NCBI GenBank assembly: GCA_050945855.1
Contig: JBMNTS010000006.1
Coordinates: forward strand, 1 to 63,451
Reading direction: 5' to 3'
Source of the DNA: Christensenellales bacterium
GTDB lineage: Bacteria > Bacillota > Clostridia > Christensenellales > DTU072
DNA length: 63,451 nt
The position numbers were made by a program, and so were the translations under genes. Shown here piece by piece: positions 38,283 through 48,810 of the stretch; positions within the stretch are counted from its first letter, which is position 1; every line of letters starts with the position of its first letter. The notes below the pieces were generated by a model, which saw only the letters and a list, made by a program, of their open reading frames with translations, made no database searches and had not been told where the DNA came from.

Positions 38283-40769
38283 TCAGCCTTGCGCTTCTTC
38301 TTCGGCGTGTCCTAGAGCAAAATATAAATCGCTTTTTTTAACGACCGCCATACCTTTGCCCGCCCTTGGCTCCAGCCTGATTTTGGAAACGCTTATCGGA
38401 ATAACTCTTTTATCCGGCGTGACTATCGCTATATCGTTGGCTAAAAGGGAGGCGTAAACGATACTTTGTCCGTTAGTGTTGACTAAATCAAAACATTTGA
38501 TACCTTTACGCGCCCTTTTCATGACCTCGAAGTTCTTGGCAAGCACTCTTTTGGCGAATCCTTTATCGCTCAATAATACCAGTTCGCCGTTGGATTGAAT
38601 CACATTGCCACCCTCGTCAACTTCTCCCGGGCATTGGGCGGCAAGCACTACCTTTGCGCCGTCTGATAAGTTGATTCCCTTTACTCCGCCCGCCTTTCTG
38701 CCTTGCAGCGGTATTTCATCCATTTCCGCGTTAACGCACATACCGTCCGAAGTCACAAAAATAACCGTGCTGTTTTCCCTTTCTATCTCCGCGCCTATTA
38801 CGCTGTCGCCTTCCTTTAACACCATTCCCTGATACGAAATTCTGTTGACCAGATATTCGGAGATTTTGCTGCGTTTAACCATTCCTTCCGCGGTATATAT
38901 CAACAGATTTCCGTCCGTGCTGTTGTTTTTAAACGATACTATGGCGCACGCCAGCTCGCCCTCGGGCGCGGTGGGATCCAGCGCGGACAGCGCGTCTCCC
39001 TGCTCCTCCCATTTTCTTTCGGGCAATTCGGCGGTGGAAAAACGATAACAGTTGCCCATTGAGCCGAAAATAAGCACCTCTCTGTCAATATCCGCAAGAG
39101 CCACCGCTTTTGCCAGTCCGTAGTAGCCCTGCTCGGTAATGTGACGGTCGCCTGCTAAAAACTGGCGGGACAGAATAAACTTGACTTTGCCGTCCGCGGT
39201 AATGGCAAAATACCCCTTCTTGGCGTTTTTGTCCCCTGCCTCAAAAGGTCTTATTTCGATATCCTCCAGATTATCCACTATTACCGTCTTGCGCCTTACG
39301 GAGTGCTTTTGCTTTATATTCTGCAATTCTTTTTTAACTACTTCCATTTGTTTTTTGGAAGAGGAAAGTATATCTTTAAGGTTAATAATTTCTTTCAGCA
39401 ACGCTTCCTGCTCGTTTTCAAACTTCTTGACATCCAGTTTATTGAGTTGAGAAAGCTGTAAAGAGAGAATTGCTTCCGCCTGCGCCTCGGACAAATTAAA
39501 CCGTTCTCTGAGTTTTGCCCTTGCCTCCGTCCTGCCCGAACTTTCTTTGATAAGCGCAATCGCCTCGTCTATAAAATCGGGCAGAATAATGAGATAACCT
39601 TCTAAAATGTGGCTGCGCTTTTCCGCGCAGGCAAGGTCGTATTTGCTTCTGCGCACTATGATATTGCGCTGAAAATCCAGATAATATTTTAATATCTCGA
39701 TAAGTCCCATTTGTCTGGGCTTGCCCGCGGCGATGGCTACCATATTGCCCGCGAAATTACTTTGCAGGTTGGTATTTTTATATAGGTAATCAAGTATTTT
39801 TATGGCGTCTTCACCTTTTTTGAGTTTAACCACAATGCGCATGCCGCTTCTGTCCGATTCGTCCGCTACGTCTATGATTCCGCCTAAGATATCCTTTTTC
39901 CTCTCCTTAAGCTCAAAAATGCGCTGCTCCAGTCTGCTTTTGTTTTCCTGGAAAGGGATTTCGGTGATAACTATATTCTGTCTGCCGCCCTCCACGTTTT
40001 CTATATCCGCCTTTGCCCGCATTACTATCTTTCCCGCTCCGCTCTCGTACAGCGAATAAAGACCTTCGTCTCTCAGAATATAGCCTCCGGTGGGGAAATC
40101 AGGTCCTTTAATGATTTGCAAAAGCTCCTCAAGCGTAGTTCTTGGCTGGTCTATCAGCGCGATTGAGGCGTCGATTACTTCGCCTAAATTATGAGGCGGA
40201 ATATTCGTGGCAAGGCCTATCGCTATGCCCGACGCCCCGTTGACCAGCAGATTGGGGAATCTGCCGGGCAATACCTTAGGCTCGTCCAGCGTGTCGTCAA
40301 AATTCTTTTCCCATGCCACGGTGTCTTTGTCCAGATCCGCAAGCAGTTCCATAGCCAGCTTTGTCAGCCGCACTTCGGTATAACGCATCGCTGCGGCGCT
40401 GTCTCCGTCAATGGAGCCGAAGTTGCCGTGCCCGTCAATCAAGGTCATGCCCATATTAAAATCCTGCGCCATACGCACCATGGCGTCATAGACCGACCTG
40501 TCGCCGTGGGGATGATATTTGCCCAGGCAGTCCCCGACTACGCGCGCGGATTTTTTGTGCGCGCCGTCAGGTCCGATATTCTGCTCGTACATAGAGTACA
40601 GAATACGCCGCTGAACGGGCTTAAGCCCGTCTTCCACTCTGGGCAAAGCCCTGTTCATAATCACGTATTCCGCATAGGGCATCATGGAGTCGGGCAAAAC
40701 ACTCTCCAGAGGCATTTCTATGATTTTGGTACCTTTTAATATGTCGTCGAAAGTTTCTTGTATCGCCAT
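38283..40769 (-). CDS. parC: Type IIA topoisomerase subunit A, ParC-like
   Basis: [28 protein letters not shown] (catalytic Tyr), ATNIPPHN. No GyrA-box at the start of the CTD. Gyrase vs topo IV is an inference. Confidence 0.75.
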   Translation of the reverse strand: MAIQETFDDILKGTKIIEMPLESVLPDSMMPYAEYVIMNRALPRVEDGLKPVQRRILYSMYEQNIGPDGAHKKSARVVGDCLGKYHPHGDRSVYDAMVRMAQDFNMGMTLIDGHGNFGSIDGDSAAAMRYTEVRLTKLAMELLADLDKDTVAWEKNFDDTLDEPKVLPGRFPNLLVNGASGIAIGLATNIPPHNLGEVIDASIALIDQPRTTLEELLQIIKGPDFPTGGYILRDEGLYSLYESGAGKIVMRAKADIENVEGGRQNIVITEIPFQENKSRLEQRIFELKERKKDILGGIIDVADESDRSGMRIVVKLKKGEDAIKILDYLYKNTNLQSNFAGNMVAIAAGKPRQMGLIEILKYYLDFQRNIIVRRSKYDLACAEKRSHILEGYLIILPDFIDEAIALIKESSGRTEARAKLRERFNLSEAQAEAILSLQLSQLNKLDVKKFENEQEALLKEIINLKDILSSSKKQMEVVKKELQNIKQKHSVRRKTVIVDNLEDIEIRPFEAGDKNAKKGYFAITADGKVKFILSRQFLAGDRHITEQGYYGLAKAVALADIDREVLIFGSMGNCYRFSTAELPERKWEEQGDALSALDPTAPEGELACAIVSFKNNSTDGNLLIYTAEGMVKRSKISEYLVNRISYQGMVLKEGDSVIGAEIERENSTVIFVTSDGMCVNAEMDEIPLQGRKAGGVKGINLSDGAKVVLAAQCPGEVDEGGNVIQSNGELVLLSDKGFAKRVLAKNFEVMKRARKGIKCFDLVNTNGQSIVYASLLANDIAIVTPDKRVIPISVSKIRLEPRAGKGMAVVKKSDLYFALGHAEEEAQG

Positions 40770-42733
40770 TATTTGCCTCCGTATTTGCTTGCGAAGTAAT
40801 CCTCTTTGTTAAAGTCCGCGTGCTCAAAAATAAACTCTTTGCGCGCCGCGATATTTTCCCCCATTAAAGTAGATATCATCAAATCCGCCTCCACGGCGTC
40901 GTCTACGGTAACTCTGAGCAGCGTTCTGGTTTTTGGGTTGAGCGTGGTTTCCCAAAGCTGGGAGGGATTCATTTCGCCCAAGCCTTTATAACGTTGTATT
41001 TTGTATTTTGTGTTGGTCTCGGCAAGTATTTTTTCCAGTTCCGCATCGTCATAGGCGTATAAAACCTCTCCCTTTCCCCTTTCTACCTTATATAGCGGAG
41101 GCATACCTATGTAAACTTTGCCCTGTCGCACCAATTCGTTCATATACCTGTAAAAGAAGGCAAGCAGTATTGACCTGATATGCGCGCCGTCCTGGTCGGC
41201 GTCGGCAAGAATGATTACTTTGCCGTATTTTAAGGCGTCTATATTGAAATTGGGATAGCAATCTGCGCCTAACGCGTAAATAATGGTCTTTAATTCCTCA
41301 TTCTCAAAGATTTGCTCTATCTTTTTCTTTTCCACGTTAAGCGGCTTGCCTTTAAGCGGGAGTATCGCCTGAAAGCCTCTATCCCTGCCCTGCTTCGCGC
41401 TGCCGCCCGCGCTGTCTCCTTCCACAATAAACAATTCGCAGTCCTGCGCCACTTTGCCTGAGCATTTCGCGAATTTACCTATCAGCATTCCGCCGCTGAG
41501 TTTATTTTTCTGCCTCTGGAGCTCTTTGGTCTTTTTTATCGCCATACGCTCATCGGCGGCGGCCTGCGCAATCTGCATTATAGTTTTTATGTTGTCTTTA
41601 TTCTTTTTGTTGTTTAGATAAGTGCGGAACTCCTCGATAACGATGTTTTCCACAATGCTTTTTACTTCCGCGTTGCCTAACTTCTCTTTGGTCTGTCCTT
41701 CAAATTGCGGGTCCTGCATATAAATCGCCAGAATCGCGGTAAGCCCTACCCTGAAATCCTCTCCCAAAAAGTTTTCATCCTTGGGTTTGAGAAAATTATT
41801 CTCTCTGGCGTAATCGTTAAGACATTTGGTAAGCGCGGCTTTTAGCCCCGTTTCGTGAAAGCCGCCGCTTATGGTCTGTATATTGTTGACGTAAGAATGG
41901 ATATTTTCCAGCGTATCGTCCGTATGCTGCATGGCAAGCTTCAGCCAGAAATTATCCTGCTTGCGCTCAATGTAAATGATGTTTTTCACAAGAGCGTTTT
42001 TGGTGGAATTGAGGTAATTGACATAGTCGATAAGTCCGCCGTTGTATAAATACTCGGAGACCTTTGGCTCTCCGCCCTCGTCAAGAATACGCCTGTCCTC
42101 AAATACGAATTTGACTCCCTTTGTCAAAAAAGCCAGCTCTCTTAATCTTTTTTTGATTTTAACGTAGTCGAACTTTACCTCTTTAAACACTTCGGGGTCG
42201 GGTAAAAAATGTACAAAAGTGCCTCTTTTGCTGGTTTTTCCGTCCTCTCTGATATGTCCCTGCGCCACTCCGCTTTTGATTTTTCCGCCTTCCTTTATCG
42301 TCTTAAACTGCTGAACATATCTTTTTCCGTCACGGTATACCTCTACGTTTACCCATAAACTTAAAGCATTAACCACAGCCGCGCCCACGCCGTGCAAGCC
42401 GCCGCTGAATTTGTAGTTGCTGTTGTTGAATTTGCCTCCGGAGTGTAGCTGGGTAAACACCATTTCCACCCCGCTCATATTTGCCTTTTTGTTGATGTCG
42501 ACGGGTATTCCCCTGCCGTCGTCCTCCACCGAAACCGATTGGTCGGGATAAATAATAACGTTGATGTTGTAAGCGTGCCCGTTGGCGGCCTCGTCTATTG
42601 CGTTGTCCAGGATCTCCCAAAGCAGGTGATGCAGTCCTTTTTCTCCCGTGCTTCCGATGTACATACCCGGTCGAGTGCGGATAGGCTCCAGCCCCGACAG
42701 CGAAATCAAATCTTTTGCTTTATAATCTTCCAT
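40769..42733 (-). CDS. parE: Type IIA topoisomerase subunit B, ParE-like
   Basis: [50 protein letters not shown]. Confidence 0.75.
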   Translation of the reverse strand: MEDYKAKDLISLSGLEPIRTRPGMYIGSTGEKGLHHLLWEILDNAIDEAANGHAYNINVIIYPDQSVSVEDDGRGIPVDINKKANMSGVEMVFTQLHSGGKFNNSNYKFSGGLHGVGAAVVNALSLWVNVEVYRDGKRYVQQFKTIKEGGKIKSGVAQGHIREDGKTSKRGTFVHFLPDPEVFKEVKFDYVKIKKRLRELAFLTKGVKFVFEDRRILDEGGEPKVSEYLYNGGLIDYVNYLNSTKNALVKNIIYIERKQDNFWLKLAMQHTDDTLENIHSYVNNIQTISGGFHETGLKAALTKCLNDYARENNFLKPKDENFLGEDFRVGLTAILAIYMQDPQFEGQTKEKLGNAEVKSIVENIVIEEFRTYLNNKKNKDNIKTIMQIAQAAADERMAIKKTKELQRQKNKLSGGMLIGKFAKCSGKVAQDCELFIVEGDSAGGSAKQGRDRGFQAILPLKGKPLNVEKKKIEQIFENEELKTIIYALGADCYPNFNIDALKYGKVIILADADQDGAHIRSILLAFFYRYMNELVRQGKVYIGMPPLYKVERGKGEVLYAYDDAELEKILAETNTKYKIQRYKGLGEMNPSQLWETTLNPKTRTLLRVTVDDAVEADLMISTLMGENIAARKEFIFEHADFNKEDYFASKYGGK

Positions 42734-42757
42734 TAAAACCTCCGTAAGCCCGGAAAT

Positions 42758-42786
42758 ATTTTACCATAAACAGGCTTATCTGTCAA
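42758..42786 (-). promoter_or_regulatory. SigA-type promoter of the topoisomerase operon
   Basis: TTGACA-17 bp-TAAAAT with extended TG. Confidence 0.8.
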
Positions 42787-42882
42787 ACCCGGCACAATCG
42801 GGATATTCGCGTTTTTGCAGGGTTTTTTAATGGAAATGCGCCCTTTTCGGACAGAAGAACGGGATAATTGAAAAAGAAAAAA

Positions 42883-43587
42883 TTATATCTTATCGCCCAG
42901 GCTGGAAATTGTGTGGATTATTTCTTTGCTTACCGTTTTGGGAGACTGAATTGTTATGCTGATGGGGCGTTCCTTTAATATGGATATCACCATATTTATA
43001 TCCTTATCCGCGGTAAACTCTACCGTAGGAGTGATTTTATCGTTAATGGTGATGTTGTTGTCATAATCAATTTTGATATACGCGCCGTAACCTATTTCAC
43101 TGCTCATAATAAAGGAAATCAACTCAAAAACGTCGCTCTCTTCCTCGCATTCCTCATACAGGCGGGATACAATTTCGGAAAAATCCGCCCAACGCTCTCT
43201 TATCAAATCCAGATTGAAATTAAAAAATCCGTCCACGTTTATTTCGTTTTGAAAATCGTCCAGATTATCCATAATCAGCCGTCTTTCGTTTTTACGGTCA
43301 AAGCTCAATATCGCGCCCAGCAAGGCATGACCTGCAAGGCCGAATTGAGCGGCGTTAATGCAATCCGCAAAGGCGGTATACTTATAAAACAGCAGAATCA
43401 GATCGGAAATGGTCTCTTTTATTATACTTTTGACAAAATCTATATTCTCCGCCGAAATTATGACTTTGGCGCCGTTTTTTCCGCTTGCCACATTGATGCG
43501 GAAATCGCCTATCAATTTAAGCTTATCTTTAATATATTTTACTTGTCTTTGATAATCCTTTCCCAAATAAATAACAAATACGCACAT
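42883..43587 (-). CDS. ytxC: YtxC-like sporulation protein
   Basis: INVDGFFNFNL, ELISFI and MVISILKERPISITI resemble YtxC motifs. SigE-type promoter upstream. Confidence 0.6.
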   Translation of the reverse strand: MCVFVIYLGKDYQRQVKYIKDKLKLIGDFRINVASGKNGAKVIISAENIDFVKSIIKETISDLILLFYKYTAFADCINAAQFGLAGHALLGAILSFDRKNERRLIMDNLDDFQNEINVDGFFNFNLDLIRERWADFSEIVSRLYEECEEESDVFELISFIMSSEIGYGAYIKIDYDNNITINDKITPTVEFTADKDINMVISILKERPISITIQSPKTVSKEIIHTISSLGDKI

Positions 43588-43622
43588 ACTTTAAGTATAT
43601 GTATGTGCGTGTTATATATTTC
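43580..43622 (-). promoter_or_regulatory. SigE-type promoter plus 10-bp inverted repeat over the ytxC start
   Basis: GAAATAT-14 bp-CATATACT, 6 nt before the ATG. ACGCACATAC-11 nt-GTATGTGCGT at 43580-43610. Confidence 0.55.
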
Positions 43623-43655
43623 CTTATTCAGATAGTCGCCTTCGCGCAAAAATCG

Positions 43656-45356
43656 TTATACTTCCTTTAAGGTATAATCTCCCTTGCGTATATTAAATTC
43701 CAGTGCGTAAACAGTATCATCTTTTTTAAGCAGAATACGGCAATTATCCTCCGAATCCGAATCAGCGCTCAACACTTTATAGCCGTAACCTTTATATGCG
43801 TTCAAAAGTATTTGCTTTTGCTCTTCACCGTATACGCCGGTATTATCCGAGACAAAAAGAACATCGCCGAAAATACTGTTGACAAGCGCAAGCAATTCCT
43901 TTTGTTCAGGGGTGTATTTCAATTGCGGCGATTCCATGCCCGGGAACTCTTTTTTGCTGTTACGCAGAATAAAAACGTCGGGATCGTTAAGGAACACCCT
44001 GCCGTTAAGGTGACGACGGAAAATCGTGTTGGTTATCGCCGTTCTTGTGGAAATTATTTCACGGTTTAACAGCTTGACATAGAATGGGTCACGGTAAGCG
44101 GTATGCACGTCCGAGCCTATACGGCAAAAATCCACTCTGCCGAAAGCCGCCCCAAGGGGCACGCCGCAGCCGAGTATGTATTTATCCCCCACGCATTCGC
44201 GCAGAAAGTCCATTGCCTCGCACATTATTTCGCCGCGCGACTTGTCGTACATCGGATACATGCATATAGAGTAAAGGAAGTCCAGCTTCACCATATCGTA
44301 TCCCCAGGTATTGAGCACTTCGCCGAAAACTTTTTTCAGGTAATCCCTGACTTCGGGTATATAAAAGTTCAGCGTGTACGCTCCGCCCCAGGCAATCGAG
44401 GAGACAATCAGCTTGCCCGCGGCGTCTTTTATCAGCCATTCGGGATGCTCACGCGCAATCACGGAGTCCTTCTGACAGTTAAAGGGCGCGAGCCATATAC
44501 CCGCAAGGTAGCCCTTGCCATGTATGGTGTCCGCGATAAATTTCATACCGCGGGGGAATTTGACCGCGTCCACGCTCAGCCAATCGCCCACCGCCGTCTG
44601 GTATCCGTCGTCAATCTGGAATATGTGCGCTTCTTTGCCCGCAACCTTGCTTAATCCTTCCAAATCCCTGAGTATAATTTCTTCCGTGATTTTTCCGAAA
44701 TAATTATACCAGGAGGTATAGCCGCAAAGTCTGTTTATTTTAGGCTTGGACACTCCCATAACCTTAAAGTAATTGTCAAAGACCGCGTTGTAATCGCCTT
44801 TTTCGTAATACAAATCGAACAAGGTAATCTTGTCGCCCGCTTTTAGCAGCTTGCCCTCGACATCCTTCTCTATCCTGAGGCTGTTTTGATTAAAGCTGTA
44901 TCTGATAATCGTATAGCCCGCTCTTTCGCAAAGAGAGCCTATAAGGGTATACTCGTCCTCATTGCGGATATAGCCGTAGGTGATGGAATGGAATTCGCCC
45001 GCTTTTTCGGGATAATCCACAAAATGATATTCTCCCGAGGTATAGGCGAATTTCTTTATTGGCGGATATTTTGAAATGCTTTTTAAGCCCTTCAGCTTTT
45101 CGCCTTTGGAATATTCCCTGGTATACGACCACGATTGATAGCCGTTGCAGAACACCTTATAATTATCTTGATATACAAAGTCGTAAATCAAAGCCGCGCT
45201 GCTAAGCCGCACCTCGTTTTTCACCCAAAGCTCCGCGCGCAACCGCCCTTGCTTATAAGTGTAACCTAAGGAGTAATCCTCATTTTTACAATCTTGGCAA
45301 AACAGCGAAGCGCCGTTTTTTGTATACCCCAGGGCTATTCTGAATTTGTCCAGCAT
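43656..45356 (-). CDS. Alpha-galactosidase, GH36
   Basis: NGYQSWS, GYTSWY, FQIDDGYQ, GIWLAPF, KLDFLY (nucleophile), CRIGSD (acid/base), NDPD. Confidence 0.88.
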   Translation of the reverse strand: MLDKFRIALGYTKNGASLFCQDCKNEDYSLGYTYKQGRLRAELWVKNEVRLSSAALIYDFVYQDNYKVFCNGYQSWSYTREYSKGEKLKGLKSISKYPPIKKFAYTSGEYHFVDYPEKAGEFHSITYGYIRNEDEYTLIGSLCERAGYTIIRYSFNQNSLRIEKDVEGKLLKAGDKITLFDLYYEKGDYNAVFDNYFKVMGVSKPKINRLCGYTSWYNYFGKITEEIILRDLEGLSKVAGKEAHIFQIDDGYQTAVGDWLSVDAVKFPRGMKFIADTIHGKGYLAGIWLAPFNCQKDSVIAREHPEWLIKDAAGKLIVSSIAWGGAYTLNFYIPEVRDYLKKVFGEVLNTWGYDMVKLDFLYSICMYPMYDKSRGEIMCEAMDFLRECVGDKYILGCGVPLGAAFGRVDFCRIGSDVHTAYRDPFYVKLLNREIISTRTAITNTIFRRHLNGRVFLNDPDVFILRNSKKEFPGMESPQLKYTPEQKELLALVNSIFGDVLFVSDNTGVYGEEQKQILLNAYKGYGYKVLSADSDSEDNCRILLKKDDTVYALEFNIRKGDYTLKEV

Positions 45357-45365
45357 TTTTTACTC

Positions 45366-46565
45366 CTATGCCTCGGGGAGACCGTTATTGTCAAACTCCT
45401 CCACAGCGGCTAAACAGATATCCAAAGAGGCCTCAAGGCACTCCTCGCTCATATTATCATAGGTATCTCTGCGGGTATGGTAATAGTCCCTTAAATTGTG
45501 GTCCATAGCGGCAAGAGTGGCGGCCTTGAGTCCGGCCTGCGCAAGCGCCGCGGAGTCCGTAGAGCCTACGGTAACGGTAGCGTATTTTACGTGAGGATAA
45601 CCCGCTTTTTCGCTGGCAATCTTTAACAGCTTGCAAACCTGCGGGTCTGTCTTGACAAGGCCGTTAAGGTCTTTGTTATATATGGAAAGGTGCTCGGTCT
45701 CTCTTAATGTTTCAAGAGGAACAAAAATGGTTTCCACGTCATCGTAATCATCTTTATGAGCGGCAGCCCACGCCTTTGCGCCTCTGAGACCGCACTCTTC
45801 GGAGCCGGATATAAACGCGCACACTTCGGTGTTTTTAAGCTCGACTTTGTCGTCGGCCAAAGACTTTAATACCGCCATGGAAACAAGGCAGGCGGAAAGG
45901 TTGTCGTTTGCCCCGTCAACTACGCGATTAGAATTGGAGAAGAAATACAAGCCGATAAAGAAAGGCACGAACGCCAAACCGATATAAGACAATACAGGAA
46001 CGGGCGCCCCTTTAATAGCGCCTATAACGCCAACTACCATAAAATATACGGCACCGACAATCGCGCCCAAAAATTCCACCACAAAGCCTACCCCGCCCAG
46101 CTTGTAATTGATAGTCCATTCCCATGTGGCGTCGGCGTGTCCGCCGAATATTATACGGCGTTTAACTTCGCCCTTGGGTTTTTTGACCGCCATAACGTTG
46201 CAGGAAGTCTTTTCCTTAAACAGCGGGTCAAAGGTGGTCTTATAAAACACAAATTGCGTAAACATAGGGATAATGCCTATGATAAGGAAAAATACGGCAA
46301 GCAAAGGAATGAAAAAAGTAGCCGCTAACGCGAGCAATGCGAATGAAGCCGTAAAAGGTATCCAGCCGAAGAATGAGCCGGGATTAATCTTAAAATCCTC
46401 AATAACCGAATTGTCGGAGTATTTATCCAGCTCCGCCTTCATGTACTCCTGGGCTTTCCTTTCTCCCTCGCTGCCGGGGTCTCTCTTGCCGAACGTCTTT
46501 ATAATATATTCAATTTTGCTTATGATATATTTGACGTTTTTATTTTTTGTTTCTTTGCTTATCAT
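45366..46565 (-). CDS. Membrane-embedded M28-family metallohydrolase
   Basis: R.PGS.GE, GHAD, GANDNLS, SEE.GL.G, GSTD, YYHT..D. Two hydrophobic hairpins inserted in the catalytic domain. Confidence 0.82.
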   Translation of the reverse strand: MISKETKNKNVKYIISKIEYIIKTFGKRDPGSEGERKAQEYMKAELDKYSDNSVIEDFKINPGSFFGWIPFTASFALLALAATFFIPLLAVFFLIIGIIPMFTQFVFYKTTFDPLFKEKTSCNVMAVKKPKGEVKRRIIFGGHADATWEWTINYKLGGVGFVVEFLGAIVGAVYFMVVGVIGAIKGAPVPVLSYIGLAFVPFFIGLYFFSNSNRVVDGANDNLSACLVSMAVLKSLADDKVELKNTEVCAFISGSEECGLRGAKAWAAAHKDDYDDVETIFVPLETLRETEHLSIYNKDLNGLVKTDPQVCKLLKIASEKAGYPHVKYATVTVGSTDSAALAQAGLKAATLAAMDHNLRDYYHTRRDTYDNMSEECLEASLDICLAAVEEFDNNGLPEA

Positions 46566-46597
46566 TTTTAACCTCCATTGTTTTTATTAACTTTATA

Positions 46598-46626
46598 ATT
46601 TTACCACACCCAATTCCGTAAAGCAA
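46598..46626 (-). promoter_or_regulatory. SigA-type promoter of M28-GH36
   Basis: TTGCTT-17 bp-TAAAAT with extended TG. Confidence 0.7.
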
Positions 46627-46641
46627 GAGTTAAAATGCAGA

Positions 46642-48810
46642 TTAATGCACCTTATTATCCCTGTAAACGTCATAGACTCCCTCTATCGATTTCAGCTTGG
46701 CGATAAGAGAAAAAAGCTGCCCCAACTCTTTGATTTCTATATCCAAAAGAATTATCGCGTCCTGCGAGCCTTTGGAGTTGGCTCTGGCGTTTATCGAGGT
46801 GATTTGCAGCTTATCGGCGGAGATAACCGAAGTGATTTTATTAAGCATACCGCTGCGGTTCTGAGCGTCTATGCGAATGGAAGCGACAAATGCGGAATCG
46901 GCGTCCTTTGCCCATTCCGCTCTAATCAGCCTGTCGCCTTCCACGTTTTTCATATTGGGGCAATCCTTCCTGTGTACGGAGACCCCTCTGCCTCTGGAAA
47001 CGTAGCCTATTATTTCGTCGCCGGGCACCGGATTGCAGCACTTTGAAACCCTTATCAGAAAATCGTCAAAGCCTTCTATCAAAATCCCGGAGCCGTGCCT
47101 GTGCTGCGCGACCTTTTTGTCCGCCTCCTGCGCGCTCTCCGCAATAAGCTCGGGCTGCTTTAACGCCTGGTCTTTTTTATAAAAATCAATTAGCTTTAGA
47201 AGAATCTGATTGGTAGTGATGCCGCCGTAGCCAATGCTGGCGTATATATCGTCAAGGGAGGAAAAAGAGTACCGCTCGCAAACGACTTTGAGCCAGGAAG
47301 GCACCAGCAAATCCGAAAGGGCGTATCCCCTGTGCTTGGCCTCTTTCTCCATCATTTCCTTGCCCAGCTTGATGTTTTCCTCCTGCATGGCTTTCTTGAA
47401 AAAGCTGCGAATCTTTGCCTTGGTGGAGGCAGTTTTGGCTATCTTCAGCCAGTCCCGGGAGGGTCCTTTGGAATTGGCTTGCGTGAGAATCTCCACTATA
47501 TCGCCGTTGTTTAAAGGTGTGTTGAGAGGCACTATTTTGTTGTTGATTTTTGCCCCCACGCATTTGTTGCCCACAGCGGTATGCACGGCATAGGCAAAAT
47601 CAATGCAGTTGGAGCCTTTGGGGAGATTGAACACGTCTCCTTTGGGGCTGAAAACATAAATATCGTTGGAAAGCACGTCCAGCTTAAGAGTCTCCATAAA
47701 TTCCACGGAGTCCTTTAAGTCCGCCTGCACCTCCATCATTTCCTTGACCCAGCTTAGCTTGCCGGCGTAGTTTTCGTCCTGCTTGCCCCCTTCCTTATAC
47801 ATCCAGTGGGCGGCTATACCGTATTCGGCTATATTGTTCATCTCATAGGTGCGAATCTGGATTTCAAAAGTAGTGCCGAAGTTGGTTACCACAGTTGTAT
47901 GCAGGGACTGATACATATTGGGCTTGGGCATGGCTATATAATCTTTGAATCTGCCGGGTATGGGCCGCCAGATGGAATGAATAAGCCCCAGCATGGTATA
48001 GCAATCGCTGACCGTTTCCACAATAACGCGCACCGCAATCAAATCGTAAATCTGATCCAGCGTCTTGTCGTTGTTTTTCATTTTTTTGTATATGCTGTAA
48101 AAATGCTTGGGACGCCCTTTTACCTCGCCTTTAATGTTAAGCTCTATGAGCTGCGCCTCTATGTCCGAGGCAATCTTGTTCACAAAGCCCATACGCTCTT
48201 CGCGCTTTAGCTCAATGGCGTTGGCAAGCTCCTCAAACTCTTTGGGATAAAGGTATTTCATGCACAGGTCTTCCATTTCGCTCTTTATGTTGGAAATACC
48301 CAGCCTCCCCGCCAGCGGCGCATATATTTCCAGCGTTTCCAGCGCGATGCGCTGCTGCTTTTCTTCGCTTAAAAAATTGAGAGTGCGCATATTGTGCAGC
48401 CTGTCCGCAAGTTTGATAAGCAATACCCTTATATCCTGCGCCATGGCAAAAAACAGCTTGCGGATATTTTCCGCCTGCGCTTCTTTTTCGCTGGTATATC
48501 TGATTTTGGAAATTTTGGTGACCCCTATCACCAGGTTTAAAATTTGCTCGCCGAATTTTTGCTTGAGCTCCCCCTCGCTGACCTTGGTATCCTCCAGCAC
48601 GTCGTGCAAAATCGCGCTTATCACGGTAGAGGGATCCATTCCCAGCTCTAAGAGAATAATGGCGGTTTCAATAGGGTGAGTGATATATAATTCTCCGGAC
48701 AGGCGATTTTGACCCTCGTGCGCCTTCTCGGCAAACTCAAGAGCGTATACTACACATTGGTAATCGTGTTCGCTAAACTTATTCTTTGCCAGCGCAAGCA
48801 GCCTCTGCAT
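46642..48810 (-). CDS. relA: Bifunctional (p)ppGpp synthetase/hydrolase Rel
   Basis: LHDVLEDT, KLADRLHNMRT, RFKDYIAMPK.N.YQSLHT, EIQIRT, TGS, CC and ACT domains. Confidence 0.97.
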   Translation of the reverse strand: MQRLLALAKNKFSEHDYQCVVYALEFAEKAHEGQNRLSGELYITHPIETAIILLELGMDPSTVISAILHDVLEDTKVSEGELKQKFGEQILNLVIGVTKISKIRYTSEKEAQAENIRKLFFAMAQDIRVLLIKLADRLHNMRTLNFLSEEKQQRIALETLEIYAPLAGRLGISNIKSEMEDLCMKYLYPKEFEELANAIELKREERMGFVNKIASDIEAQLIELNIKGEVKGRPKHFYSIYKKMKNNDKTLDQIYDLIAVRVIVETVSDCYTMLGLIHSIWRPIPGRFKDYIAMPKPNMYQSLHTTVVTNFGTTFEIQIRTYEMNNIAEYGIAAHWMYKEGGKQDENYAGKLSWVKEMMEVQADLKDSVEFMETLKLDVLSNDIYVFSPKGDVFNLPKGSNCIDFAYAVHTAVGNKCVGAKINNKIVPLNTPLNNGDIVEILTQANSKGPSRDWLKIAKTASTKAKIRSFFKKAMQEENIKLGKEMMEKEAKHRGYALSDLLVPSWLKVVCERYSFSSLDDIYASIGYGGITTNQILLKLIDFYKKDQALKQPELIAESAQEADKKVAQHRHGSGILIEGFDDFLIRVSKCCNPVPGDEIIGYVSRGRGVSVHRKDCPNMKNVEGDRLIRAEWAKDADSAFVASIRIDAQNRSGMLNKITSVISADKLQITSINARANSKGSQDAIILLDIEIKELGQLFSLIAKLKSIEGVYDVYRDNKVH

